DNA of 46,316 bases from an uncultured bacterium (GTDB lineage: Bacteria; Patescibacteriota; Minisyncoccia; Phycocordibacterales; UBA918): contig CAJWTE010000001.1 in the NCBI GenBank assembly GCA_913046815.1, positions 1 to 46,316 of the forward strand, read 5' to 3'. Made by a program: the position numbers and the translations under genes. The notes beneath the pieces are model-generated. The model ran no database searches and was not told where the DNA came from. It saw nothing but the letters and a program-made list of their open reading frames with translations. Of this stretch, positions 34,636 through 43,760 are shown piece after piece. Each line of letters begins with the position of its first letter. Position 1 is the stretch's first letter.

Positions 34636-35202
34636 ATGAGCTACAAAACATACACAACAAACGCGTTGGTATGTGGTAGCTTTGCTAATAACACTTCGGA
34701 CAAATATTTTCTTCTTCTCACTGAGTCGGCAGGAATGATTATGGCCACTGCTCGTAGTGTAAGGGAAGAAAAAAGCAAACAACGCTTTGCTTTGCAAGAT
34801 TTTTCTTTGATTAAAGTGTCCTTGGTTCAAGGTAAGACTGGTTGGAGAATTGGCAGTGTGGAAGCTAGTCGCAACTATTATCTTGAAGCTAGTACTCGAG
34901 ATTCTAGAGTAGTGGTTACAGAAGCGGTTCGCTTACTGAGGAGATTATTGCAAGGTGAGGAGGTAGACAGTACGGTCTTTGTTGAGACCACCACCGCTCT
35001 AGATATTATGGTGACAAAAGACAGTTCTATCAAAAATCTAATTGATATATTTACCTTGCGAGTATTGTATCGACTCGGCTATGTAGCTCATAGTGAGGTG
35101 GTTGAATTGTGGTTGAATGATGATTCATACATAAGCGCACCACCTTTAAGCAAAGCAGCTAGAAAGGTCATAGACAAAGGTTTGAATGCCAGTCACTTAT
35201 AA
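34636..35202 (+). CDS. recO: RecO-like recombination mediator (short, no zinc finger)
   Basis: N-terminal OB-fold pattern (ALVCGS...DKYFLLLTESAGMIMATARSVR..K.....LQDFSLIKV) and FTLRVLYRLGY. Confidence 0.55.
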   Translation: MSYKTYTTNALVCGSFANNTSDKYFLLLTESAGMIMATARSVREEKSKQRFALQDFSLIKVSLVQGKTGWRIGSVEASRNYYLEASTRDSRVVVTEAVRLLRRLLQGEEVDSTVFVETTTALDIMVTKDSSIKNLIDIFTLRVLYRLGYVAHSEVVELWLNDDSYISAPPLSKAARKVIDKGLNASHL

Positions 35203-35219
35203 GCTGTTATAATTCATGT

Positions 35220-37136
35220 ATGTCTGAGATTGGAAAACAAGAAAAGTTGGAAGATGTAAAAAACCGTCTTTACGAAAGGGGGGCGAAACAAACAGAACGT
35301 ATTAGACAAATATTGCCCAACGAGGAGAAAAAAGTGCCAAGTGAATGGATCAATCCACCTTCACCCAAACCCCAGTCAACATTTGTCGCAAAAGAAGATC
35401 AACAGACTAATTTTGAAACAGATATGCCAAAAAGTCGGAAGAAAAAGTATCGAATAAAAATATTATTGGCCGGATTATTATTTTTTGTTGTTGCCTTGCT
35501 GGTTTCGTCCGCACTTTTGTTTCTTGGTAACAATGTTATTTCTGGTGACAATATTGATCTCAGTGTCAGTGGACCATTCACTATCGGTGGAGGGGAAGAG
35601 ATGTTAATACAAATTGGTATACAAAATTCCAATCGGGTGCCAATAGAGTCGGCTACATTAATAGTAGAGTATCCAAGAGGCACCAAATCTGCTGACGAAG
35701 AAAACAGAGATTTATTTATTGAACGTACCCCTTTGTCCAAGATAGATGTAGGCGAAAGCATAAGTGTACCCCAGTCAGCTATTGTTTATGGTGAAGAAAA
35801 CACCGAACAAATCATAAAAGTCTCAATTGAGTACCGTGTAGAAGGTTCCAATGCACTGTTCTTTAAAGAGGTTGATGCACTGCGCTATAAAATCAGTTCA
35901 GCGCCAGTAGTAGCTATGGTAGAAGCAGTCGATAGGGTATCAGTCGGTCAAGAGGCCACGGTTATTGTAAAGGTGGCGTCTAATTCCGGTGAAACAGTTA
36001 GAAATATCTTGGTGAGAGCTGATTATCCTAATCAGTGGGATTTCACCGCAGCGTCACCTGATACTTATGCTGGAAATAACGTGTGGTTGATTGATAGTCT
36101 GGAACCGGAAGAAGTTTATGAGATAGAAGTCACAGGACTAGTAGTGGGGCATGTGAGCGAGGAAGCCAACATGTTGTTTGAGGTAGGGGTACCTGATAGC
36201 GATGATGATACGCGCATAGGTTCTATTTTTAGTAGCGCAGAAGTTGTCTGGGAAGTAGAGAGCTCGTTTTTAGAAGTGTCACTTGATATCGACGCAGATT
36301 CAAACGGTATCAAGGTCGTCGAAAGCGAAGAGTCAGTGAGTGGGCAGATAGTCTTACAAAACAACTCAAACGATACAGTTTATGATATGGAAGTGACCTT
36401 AAATCTTGGAGGCAGCGCTTTTTCTGACACTTCTGTTTACAGCACCGATGGTTTCTTTGATTCTAATACCAACTCAATAGTGTGGGGTAGTGCCTCTGAT
36501 AGTGGTTTACGTGAGTTTGAGCCGGGTGACAAGGCCAGGTTCAGCTTCTCGCTTTTGCCGAACGAAGCTGTCACTGTTACTCCCGAGATTACTCTAGCAG
36601 TAGACGTAAAAGCTAAGAGAGTTAGTGACTCCCGTGTCCCAGAGAGTCTCCGTTCAGAGGCTAGTGGCAAGATAAGGGTATCTGGTTATCCGGACATACT
36701 GGCAGAGGCAAGTCATTCTTCTGGTCCTTTGCCTCCCAGGGTAGGTCTTGAGACTGTTTATCGTATCTCTTTTATGATTGATAATCGTTACAATAACTTG
36801 GATGATGCTGTAGTGGTGGCTGTTCTGCCGCAAAATATAACATGGCAAGACATAACCGGTGGAGTTGGTAATTTTTCATACAACCCATCAGATCGTGTAG
36901 TCACGTGGAATGCAGGAGACGTACGTAGTGGGCAGAGACCCATTGGTACTTTTGATATTGCGTTACTGCCAAGCTCTTCTAATATTGGTGACACACCAAT
37001 ACTGGTACGCGAACAAAGACTGAAGGCCGACGATGGATTTACCGGCACTGTAGTTAGAGCTTTAAACTCATTTATAACCGCAGAACTTTCTACCGAAACT
37101 GGCGAAGAGTCCGGGAATGGGCGTGTTGTAGAATAA
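35220..37136 (+). CDS. Hypothetical membrane-anchored protein with a large beta-rich ectodomain
   Basis: A basic N-terminus, one TM segment (ILLAGLLFFVVALLVSSALLFL), then a ~530-aa repetitive beta-strand-like sequence. Confidence 0.5.
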   Translation: MSEIGKQEKLEDVKNRLYERGAKQTERIRQILPNEEKKVPSEWINPPSPKPQSTFVAKEDQQTNFETDMPKSRKKKYRIKILLAGLLFFVVALLVSSALLFLGNNVISGDNIDLSVSGPFTIGGGEEMLIQIGIQNSNRVPIESATLIVEYPRGTKSADEENRDLFIERTPLSKIDVGESISVPQSAIVYGEENTEQIIKVSIEYRVEGSNALFFKEVDALRYKISSAPVVAMVEAVDRVSVGQEATVIVKVASNSGETVRNILVRADYPNQWDFTAASPDTYAGNNVWLIDSLEPEEVYEIEVTGLVVGHVSEEANMLFEVGVPDSDDDTRIGSIFSSAEVVWEVESSFLEVSLDIDADSNGIKVVESEESVSGQIVLQNNSNDTVYDMEVTLNLGGSAFSDTSVYSTDGFFDSNTNSIVWGSASDSGLREFEPGDKARFSFSLLPNEAVTVTPEITLAVDVKAKRVSDSRVPESLRSEASGKIRVSGYPDILAEASHSSGPLPPRVGLETVYRISFMIDNRYNNLDDAVVVAVLPQNITWQDITGGVGNFSYNPSDRVVTWNAGDVRSGQRPIGTFDIALLPSSSNIGDTPILVREQRLKADDGFTGTVVRALNSFITAELSTETGEESGNGRVVE

Positions 37137-37159
37137 GCTTGCTGTGCTAGAGTAGTTTC

Positions 37160-38551
37160 ATGTTCGATAATGCTAATAAGCTAGAAAAAATTACTTCACT
37201 GGCCAAAAGGCGAGGTTTTGTCTTTTCTGGCAGTGATATTTACGGTGGTTTTGTCGGGTCTTATGACTACGGCCCATATGGAGTGGAGCTTGCGAATAAC
37301 ATCAAGAAGACTTGGTGGAAAAGAATAGTGAATGAAGAGGTCAATATCGTAGGTCTAGACTCGGCCATTGTGACTCATCCCAAAGTTTGGGAAGCATCGG
37401 GGCATGTAGACGGATTTTCTGACCCTCTGGTGGAGTGTAAGGAGTGTAATACTCGTTCAAGGGCAGACCATCTTTTGGAAGAGATTGGAGTTGAGGCGGA
37501 CGAAAAAATGTCCGTTGTGGATTTGAACGCGCTTTTTAGTAAAAATAAAGGTGATATTAAATGTCCTAAGTGTGGTCAGTCGAACTTTGGTCAAGTATCC
37601 AATTTCAATCTTTTAGTAAAGACCAACCTAGGCAATTTCTCTGATGACTGGGCAGGAGAGCCGGCTTATTTGCGTGGAGAAACTTGTCAGGGTATTTATA
37701 TAAACTTTAAGAACGTACTCGATACGACCAGAGTGAAGGTTCCTTTTGGAATCGCTCAAATAGGCAAAGCTTTTCGCAACGAAATTGCTCCCCGCCAGTA
37801 CATTTTCCGCAAACGCGAGTTTGAACAAATGGAGATGCAGATGTTTGTAACTCCAGAGAGTGAGATGGATACTTATGAAGACTGGAAGAAGAAGCGTTGG
37901 CAGTTTTATTTAGACTTAGGTTTCAAAGAAGAGAACATCCGCTGGCAAAATCATAAGAACTTAGTGTTTTATGCAAGAGCAGCTACTGATATAGAGTATA
38001 ATTTTCCATTTGGTTTTAAGGAACTTGAAGGAGTGCACGCTCGAGGCGATTACGACCTAACGGCTCACCAAGAAGCGACAGGAGTCTCTCTGGAGTACCT
38101 AGATCCGACCACCAACGAGAAGTATATCCCACATGTTGTAGAAGCTTCTGTCGGCGTAGATCGAACTTTCTTGGCTGTTCTAACAGAGTTTTATGATGAA
38201 GATGAGTTGGGAGGTGAGACTCGCACAGTGATGCGTTTTCCGCGCGAGTTGGCACCAATTAAAGTGGCAGTCTTTCCGCTCTTGCGCAACAAACCAGAGT
38301 TGGTAGAGAAGGCCAAGGAAGTATTTACAATAGTTTCCAAGCACATGCGGGCCGAGTTTGATGACAATGGCAACGTCGGCAAACGCTATCGCCGCCAAGA
38401 TGAAATCGGTACACCTCACTGCGTGACTATCGACTTTGACACTTTAGGCGAAAACCCCGAACACCTGGACACTGTCACTGTTCGTGACCGTGACACCGGT
38501 GAACAGGAGAGGGTAAAGATTGAAGGGTTGGTAGAGTATTTGCAAGGTTAG
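37160..38551 (+). CDS. glyQS: Glycyl-tRNA synthetase (alpha2 type)
   Basis: RRGFVFSGSDIYGG, LRGETCQGIY, GKAFRNEIAPR, GVDR, RYRRQDEIGTP. Confidence 0.9.
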   Translation: MFDNANKLEKITSLAKRRGFVFSGSDIYGGFVGSYDYGPYGVELANNIKKTWWKRIVNEEVNIVGLDSAIVTHPKVWEASGHVDGFSDPLVECKECNTRSRADHLLEEIGVEADEKMSVVDLNALFSKNKGDIKCPKCGQSNFGQVSNFNLLVKTNLGNFSDDWAGEPAYLRGETCQGIYINFKNVLDTTRVKVPFGIAQIGKAFRNEIAPRQYIFRKREFEQMEMQMFVTPESEMDTYEDWKKKRWQFYLDLGFKEENIRWQNHKNLVFYARAATDIEYNFPFGFKELEGVHARGDYDLTAHQEATGVSLEYLDPTTNEKYIPHVVEASVGVDRTFLAVLTEFYDEDELGGETRTVMRFPRELAPIKVAVFPLLRNKPELVEKAKEVFTIVSKHMRAEFDDNGNVGKRYRRQDEIGTPHCVTIDFDTLGENPEHLDTVTVRDRDTGEQERVKIEGLVEYLQG

Positions 38552-38684
38552 AAGCAAGCCAGAAAAGCATTCTAAAAACACGAATCAAGTTCTCTACTCA
38601 GACTCTATCAAGTCTTCCGTAAGGTTTTCATAACGCTTTTCTGGCTTGCTTAGTGTTCCAATAAAACGTAAAGTATTAACTACC

Positions 38685-40118
38685 ATGACAGACAAGCAAG
38701 CTTGTTATATCACCACTACACTTCCGTATGTGAACGCAAAACCACATATTGGTTTTGCTGCAGAAATTACTCGAGCGGATACCTTTGCGCGTTATCAGAA
38801 ACTTATGGGAAAAGTGGTATTTTTTAATACCGGCACTGATGAACACGGACAAAAAATTTATGACAATGCTGTTGAGGCAGGTCAAACACCACAAGAATAT
38901 GTGGACAAATTTGCTGCGGAATTCAAAGGTCTTATTCCTGCGCTTGGTATTAGTGAGGACATACATTTTATTCGTACTACTGATGCCCATCACAAAGAAG
39001 CAGCTCAAGAAATGTGGAGGCGTTGTAATAATAATGGTGATATATATAAGGCAACACAAACGATCAGATATTGTGTTGGGTGTGAACTAGAAAAAACAGA
39101 TTCAGAGTTGGAAGAGGGGAAGTGCCCACTGCATCCTAATAAAGACCTCGAGGTGCGCGAAGAGGAGAATTATTTCTTCCGATTTTCTAAGTATCAAGAA
39201 CCTCTACTTGAGTTATATAGAGAGAAATCCAACTTCGTGATTCCTGCTTTTCGTCAAAAAGAGATACAGTTATTTGTCGAGGACGGACTCCAAGACTTCT
39301 CAGTGTCTCGTCTCAAATCGAAAATGCCATGGGGAGTACCTGTGCCGAACGACGACGACCATGTAATGTTTGTTTGGTTTGATGCATTAACTAACTACAT
39401 ATCCACGACCGGCTGGCCGGAAGAGGAGAACTTTGGTGGGTGGTGGCCAGGTATACAATTCGCTGGCAAGGATAATTTAAGACAACAAACAGCTATCTGG
39501 CAAGCGATGCTCATGTCTGCAAATTTACCAACATCTCAAACGGTTATGATTGGCGGTTTTATAAATAGCGGGGGACAGAAGATGAGTAAAAGCCTCGGTA
39601 ACGTTATTGATCCATTTGAAGTGAAAGAACGCTACGGTTTGGAGGCTATGCGTTATTTCCTTCTTCGGCACGTACATCCATTTGAGGACACAGATGTTAC
39701 TTGGGAAAAAATGGACGAGTGGTACACAGCTAACTTAGTCAATGGTCTTGGTAACTTGACGGCACGTATTATGAAAATGGCTGAGACGCATCTCGACAAA
39801 CCAATAGAGAAGCCGGGGAGAATCGAATTTCCAACTGAATACACAAATGCCCTAGATGAATTTAACTTTCAAGGTGCTTGTGACCATATCTGGAGAAGAG
39901 TAGGGGAACTGGACGAGAAAATCACCACTACTGAACCTTTCAAACTAGTCAAAGAAGATCCAGAGAAAGCCAAGGAAATTATCAAGGAATTGGCAGAAGA
40001 GCTTTATTTTACCGCCAGACTCTTGTACCCAATCATGCCCCAGACCAACAAAGTAATAAAAGAGGCAGTTCTAGAAAACAAAAAACCCGCCAATCTCTTC
40101 AACCGCCTACCAGAATAA
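38685..40118 (+). CDS. metG: Methionyl-tRNA synthetase (short form)
   Basis: YITTTLPYVNAKPHIGFA, VWFDALTNY, KMSKSLGN. Confidence 0.9.
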   Translation: MTDKQACYITTTLPYVNAKPHIGFAAEITRADTFARYQKLMGKVVFFNTGTDEHGQKIYDNAVEAGQTPQEYVDKFAAEFKGLIPALGISEDIHFIRTTDAHHKEAAQEMWRRCNNNGDIYKATQTIRYCVGCELEKTDSELEEGKCPLHPNKDLEVREEENYFFRFSKYQEPLLELYREKSNFVIPAFRQKEIQLFVEDGLQDFSVSRLKSKMPWGVPVPNDDDHVMFVWFDALTNYISTTGWPEEENFGGWWPGIQFAGKDNLRQQTAIWQAMLMSANLPTSQTVMIGGFINSGGQKMSKSLGNVIDPFEVKERYGLEAMRYFLLRHVHPFEDTDVTWEKMDEWYTANLVNGLGNLTARIMKMAETHLDKPIEKPGRIEFPTEYTNALDEFNFQGACDHIWRRVGELDEKITTTEPFKLVKEDPEKAKEIIKELAEELYFTARLLYPIMPQTNKVIKEAVLENKKPANLFNRLPE

Positions 40119-40158
40119 TTAAATCACAAAAGCTATGAACACGCCTAACAAAACAAAC

Positions 40159-40188
40159 CAAAAACCTTCGATTGATCGAAGGTTTTTG
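40159..40188. terminator. Bidirectional terminator between metG and the TrpR-like gene
   Basis: caaaaaccttcgat-tg-atcgaaggtttttg. Confidence 0.65.
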
Positions 40189-40611
40189 CTACCTTGTTTT
40201 GTTTCTTCGGTACTCTTCCGAGGCGTGAGTCTGCCCATAGTGGGGCAAAGCACCCCCGAGATGGAGAATGGAATCTATGGTCTCTAATAGTTCCAGGTAA
40301 CCTTTCTTTTGTTTTCTTATTGCTGTAAGTAATAGGTCATACTTACCATCATCTAACTTACTTTTATATATTTTTAGAGTTGATGAACTTAATTTTAAGA
40401 CCTCAGTCACACGGTAAGTTGATTGGCCGTGCGCTAACATCAATATTGCTGAAAGGCGCTTCGCGAGCATGATTTTTTCTTCTTCTCCAAGAAGAGTTGA
40501 AAGAAAATCTTCAGACTGTTGCTTATTCAGTCTCCCGACAGTTTCGTTTAGCTGAGAAAAAAGTTTCTGCAAATCCTTCTTTTTAAGAGTTGTTTTAGAT
40601 ACATGAACCAT
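40189..40611 (-). CDS. TrpR/YerC-like helix-turn-helix protein
   Basis: EEEKIMLAKRLSAILMLAHGQSTYRVTEVLKLSSSTL resembles the Trp-repressor-related YerC/YecD fold. Confidence 0.55.
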   Translation of the reverse strand: MVHVSKTTLKKKDLQKLFSQLNETVGRLNKQQSEDFLSTLLGEEEKIMLAKRLSAILMLAHGQSTYRVTEVLKLSSSTLKIYKSKLDDGKYDLLLTAIRKQKKGYLELLETIDSILHLGGALPHYGQTHASEEYRRNKTR

Positions 40612-40621
40612 ACAAAAAGGA

Positions 40622-40657
40622 TAACATTTTCCTTCGATTAATCGAAGGAAAATGTTA
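40622..40657. promoter_or_regulatory. 36-nt perfect palindrome 11 nt upstream of the TrpR-like start
   Basis: taacattttccttcgatt|aatcgaaggaaaatgtta. Its core shares 17/18 nt with the terminator core at 40165-40182. Confidence 0.6.
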
Positions 40658-40683
40658 CTGAGAGTTTGTGTGCAGTACTTAAT

Positions 40684-40715
40684 CTACGTAGGTATCTACG
40701 TAGATACCTACGTAG
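40684..40715. promoter_or_regulatory. 32-nt perfect palindrome (three CTACGTAG units); candidate operator of the AbrB-like operon
   Basis: ctacgtag-gtat-ctacgtag-atac-ctacgtag, 25 nt upstream of the ATG at 40741. Confidence 0.55.
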
Positions 40716-40740
40716 GTTAAAAATGTGATACACTTTAAAT

Positions 40741-40917
40741 ATGGAGAAGAGAACCATTTCTAACGAGAGAGTGCGCAAACTCTCTAAAGTAGCCGGCACC
40801 AGCTATGGCGTGACTCTGCCCATTGAGTTTGTGCGTGAACTGGGCTGGCAAGAGCATCAAAAATTAACAGTAACTTTAAAAGGCAACACTATGATAATTA
40901 AAGACTGGGAGAAGTAG
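40741..40917 (+). CDS. AbrB/MazE/SpoVT-type DNA-binding protein (58 aa; below the ORF-track cutoff)
   Basis: MEKRTISNERVRKLSKVAGTSYGVTLPIEFVRELGWQEHQKLTVTLKGNTMIIKDWEK, a swapped-hairpin barrel signature. The stop lies 1 nt before the next ATG. Confidence 0.6.
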   Translation: MEKRTISNERVRKLSKVAGTSYGVTLPIEFVRELGWQEHQKLTVTLKGNTMIIKDWEK

Positions 40918-40918
40918 T

Positions 40919-41488
40919 ATGAATGCGATTATTGTTCACGGGAAGCCGGGTAAGGAAGAATATTATTCTGATGAACATCCTTCTTCTAGTAACTTCGCTT
41001 GGATTCCTTGGTTGCAGAAACAACTTATAATTCATGATATTAAGGCTGATACTCCGGAAATGCCGCATGCATATGAACCGAACTATAAGGTATGGTGTAC
41101 TGAGTTTGAACGCTTTGATATAAATGACGAAACAATTTTGGTTGGTCATAGTTGCGGCGGAGGTTTTTTGGTTCGTTGGCTTTCAGAACACAAAGATGTT
41201 CAGGTAAACAAAGTGGTATTGGTATCGCCTTGGGTTGACCCGGACAAAGAAAATAAATACGATTTTTTTAGAGACTTTGAGATTGACTCAGAGTTTGCCA
41301 AGCGAGCCAGTGATGTGGTCGCTTATACGAGTGATAACGATTTTGAACATTGCAAGAAAAGCTTGGAGATTTTGAAGGATAATGTGCCAGAAATACGCGT
41401 TGTCACATTTGAGAATTATGGACACTTTATACCTGCTCACATGGGGCGGGACGACTTTCCTGAGCTACTGGAAGAAATAATTAAGTAA
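40919..41488 (+). CDS. YdeN/RBBP9-family alpha/beta serine hydrolase
   Basis: IIVHG..., nucleophile elbow GHSCGG, SDND, and GHF near the C-terminus. Confidence 0.65.
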   Translation: MNAIIVHGKPGKEEYYSDEHPSSSNFAWIPWLQKQLIIHDIKADTPEMPHAYEPNYKVWCTEFERFDINDETILVGHSCGGGFLVRWLSEHKDVQVNKVVLVSPWVDPDKENKYDFFRDFEIDSEFAKRASDVVAYTSDNDFEHCKKSLEILKDNVPEIRVVTFENYGHFIPAHMGRDDFPELLEEIIK

Positions 41489-41491
41489 GAT

Positions 41492-41740
41492 ATGCAAAGT
41501 GTTGAGGATATTTTGAAGAGGAATGCGCGGGTGGAGATGGATAAGGCCTGGGAAGTGAGTCGAACGAGGCGGGCTACCATTGCTTTTTTGACCTATCTCA
41601 CCGCCGCCACTTTCTTGAAAATAATCGGTAACGACGCACCATTTCTGAATGCACTGGTGCCGTTTGGCGGTTACTTATTCTCGACTCTTTCACTTCCGCT
41701 GGTCAGAGATTGGTGGATAGATAAATATGACAGAAAATAA
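41492..41740 (+). CDS. Small two-TM membrane protein
   Basis: Two hydrophobic segments. It is tightly packed between the two hydrolase genes and overlaps the next gene by 14 nt. Confidence 0.4.
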   Translation: MQSVEDILKRNARVEMDKAWEVSRTRRATIAFLTYLTAATFLKIIGNDAPFLNALVPFGGYLFSTLSLPLVRDWWIDKYDRK

Positions 41741-42341
41741 AAAGGGACAAGTTTTGTTTATACATGGGGGTGATAGTTTTATCGCCAAAGAGGAATATTA
41801 TCAGTTTTTGCGTAGCAGAGAAGTAAATCCGTATGAAGAAAAGCCAGAAAAATGGCGTGACAATCTGGCTACCAACCTAGAAAAAGCAGGCCTTGAATAT
41901 TTGTTTGTCTCTATGCCTGATAAGTGGAATGCCGATTATACTGCCTGGTCTATTTGGTTTGAGAAGTATCTTCCATACTTGGACGAGTCACCAAACATCT
42001 TCATTGGTCATTCATTGGGGGCATCGTTCCTTTTAAAATACTTAACAAAGAATAAGTTGGAGGTGGCAGTTGCTCAGCTACATCTAGTAGCGCCAGCGGT
42101 AGGGTTTGTAGAGACGGAAGGATTGGGTGAATTTGCTTCTAATGAGTCCGACTTTGCTTTGTTGTTAGGGCAAGTAGGAGAAATACATATCTATCACTCC
42201 ACCGATGATGAGATTGTAGATTACCAAGACAGTACAGAATTAGTGAAAGTTTTACCGCAAGCACAGTTGCATACTTTCACCGACCGAGGACATTTCTTAG
42301 CGCCAGAGTTTCCAGAGATCGAAACAGAGATATTAAAATAA
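41727..42341 (+). CDS. Second YdeN/RBBP9-like alpha/beta hydrolase (paralog)
   Basis: VLFIHGG, GHSLGA, HSTDDEIV, DRGHF. Confidence 0.6.
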   Translation: MTENKKGQVLFIHGGDSFIAKEEYYQFLRSREVNPYEEKPEKWRDNLATNLEKAGLEYLFVSMPDKWNADYTAWSIWFEKYLPYLDESPNIFIGHSLGASFLLKYLTKNKLEVAVAQLHLVAPAVGFVETEGLGEFASNESDFALLLGQVGEIHIYHSTDDEIVDYQDSTELVKVLPQAQLHTFTDRGHFLAPEFPEIETEILK

Positions 42342-42342
42342 T

Positions 42343-43179
42343 ATGAGTTATCGCTATATAGACACACATGCGCATTTGAATATTTCTGCCTTTTCGGAGG
42401 ATGTGGACGAGGTGGTATCTAAGTGTGGCGAGGAAGAAGTGGCTGTAATAAATATCGGCACCAAGGAAAGCACGAGCCAGCGAGCTGTAGAATTGGCTGA
42501 ACAACAAGACAATTTATATGCCATTGTCGGTCTACACCCTATCCAGACTACGTCCAAGTATCACAGTCACGAAGAAATAGGTGAGGGAAGTAAACCATTT
42601 AAGTCACAGGGTGAGAAGTTTAATTCGAATTTCTATCGCCAGTTAGCTAAGAGCGAAAAAGTGGTGGGAATAGGAGAGTGTGGTTTTGACTATTTCCATA
42701 ATGACTCTGGCACTAGAGAAGAGCAAGAGGAGGCTTTTGTAGCTCAAATAGAGCTAGCCAATGAGCTTGGGCTACCTCTCATGATACATACCAGAAGTAG
42801 TAAAGACGGCAAGCTTGATGCTTATGAAGATGTTTACCAAGTATTAAAGAGCTACGCCAAAGTGCCGGGTAACATACATTTCTACGCTGGTACCTATGAG
42901 CAAGCGAAGAAGTTTTTTGAGCTTGGCTTCACCGTGTCTTTTACCGGCGTCATTACTTTTGCGTCTGAGTATGAAGAGGTGGTAGAGCAAGTGCCGCTCG
43001 ATATGATACACGCCGAAACTGACTGTCCTTACGTAGCGCCGGTGCCACACCGAGGAAAAATGGGAGAACCATGGATGGTAAAGGAAGTATATAAAAAAAT
43101 CGCCGCGATACGCAGCGAAGATGAAGAACGGGTGCGGGAACAACTATTGGCTAATGCAATGCGTCACTACTCTTTGTAG
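42343..43179 (+). CDS. tatD: TatD-family metal-dependent hydrolase/DNase
   Basis: YIDTHAHLN, GECGFDY, PLMIHTR, ETDCPYVAP. Confidence 0.85.
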   Translation: MSYRYIDTHAHLNISAFSEDVDEVVSKCGEEEVAVINIGTKESTSQRAVELAEQQDNLYAIVGLHPIQTTSKYHSHEEIGEGSKPFKSQGEKFNSNFYRQLAKSEKVVGIGECGFDYFHNDSGTREEQEEAFVAQIELANELGLPLMIHTRSSKDGKLDAYEDVYQVLKSYAKVPGNIHFYAGTYEQAKKFFELGFTVSFTGVITFASEYEEVVEQVPLDMIHAETDCPYVAPVPHRGKMGEPWMVKEVYKKIAAIRSEDEERVREQLLANAMRHYSL

Positions 43180-43183
43180 TGTT

Positions 43184-43213
43184 CTGGTGGCGCGCCCTTG
43201 GGCGCGCCACCAG
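43184..43213. terminator. GC-rich hairpin between convergent genes
   Basis: ctggtggcgcgcc-cttg-ggcgcgccaccag. Confidence 0.6.
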
Positions 43214-43216
43214 CCG

Positions 43217-43657
43217 TCAAAACCCGACCATTTTTCTGGCGTTCAAAACGGCAACGTGCAAGTCTGTGGAGTAAAGATTGTTGCTGGTCATAGCGTAGAC
43301 CCGCAATTTTTTCTCCGTCTCTGTATACCAGTTGACCGTATTTTGGTTTTTAACAATAAAGACAATTGGCAGATTCTGAGTCGTCATAAGGCCAACCCCT
43401 CTCATATGACAGAGTAGGGTGTGATGAGCGACTGGATCGGCGTATTCTTGCATGATCAGGCAGTCGTACTCGCCTGCCTTAGCCTTGGAAATATTTGCCA
43501 ACTCGGCTGAGACTGCTGGGTTGAGAAACTGCGGGAGAGCCCCGTTTTTCTGGTGCTTCTTCAGAGCCTTGCACTGTAGAACACTTACATGGTGCCCTTC
43601 CAACAGCTTGGTGATTTTGTCTTCTTCTTGGTTGGGCTTGCAGTACAGAAAGTGCAT
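43217..43657 (-). CDS. Hypothetical protein (146 aa)
   Basis: A clean ORF in a gap between terminators. No motif recognised. Confidence 0.4.
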   Translation of the reverse strand: MHFLYCKPNQEEDKITKLLEGHHVSVLQCKALKKHQKNGALPQFLNPAVSAELANISKAKAGEYDCLIMQEYADPVAHHTLLCHMRGVGLMTTQNLPIVFIVKNQNTVNWYTETEKKLRVYAMTSNNLYSTDLHVAVLNARKMVGF

Positions 43658-43760
43658 CTCAAATTCCCCTTTTGTTTTTTGTTCGATTGTACTATCTCAC
43701 TACTAAAAATAACACGGCACTGATAGTATCGCCAAATCTCCCAGCAGCTATATTTAGCGT

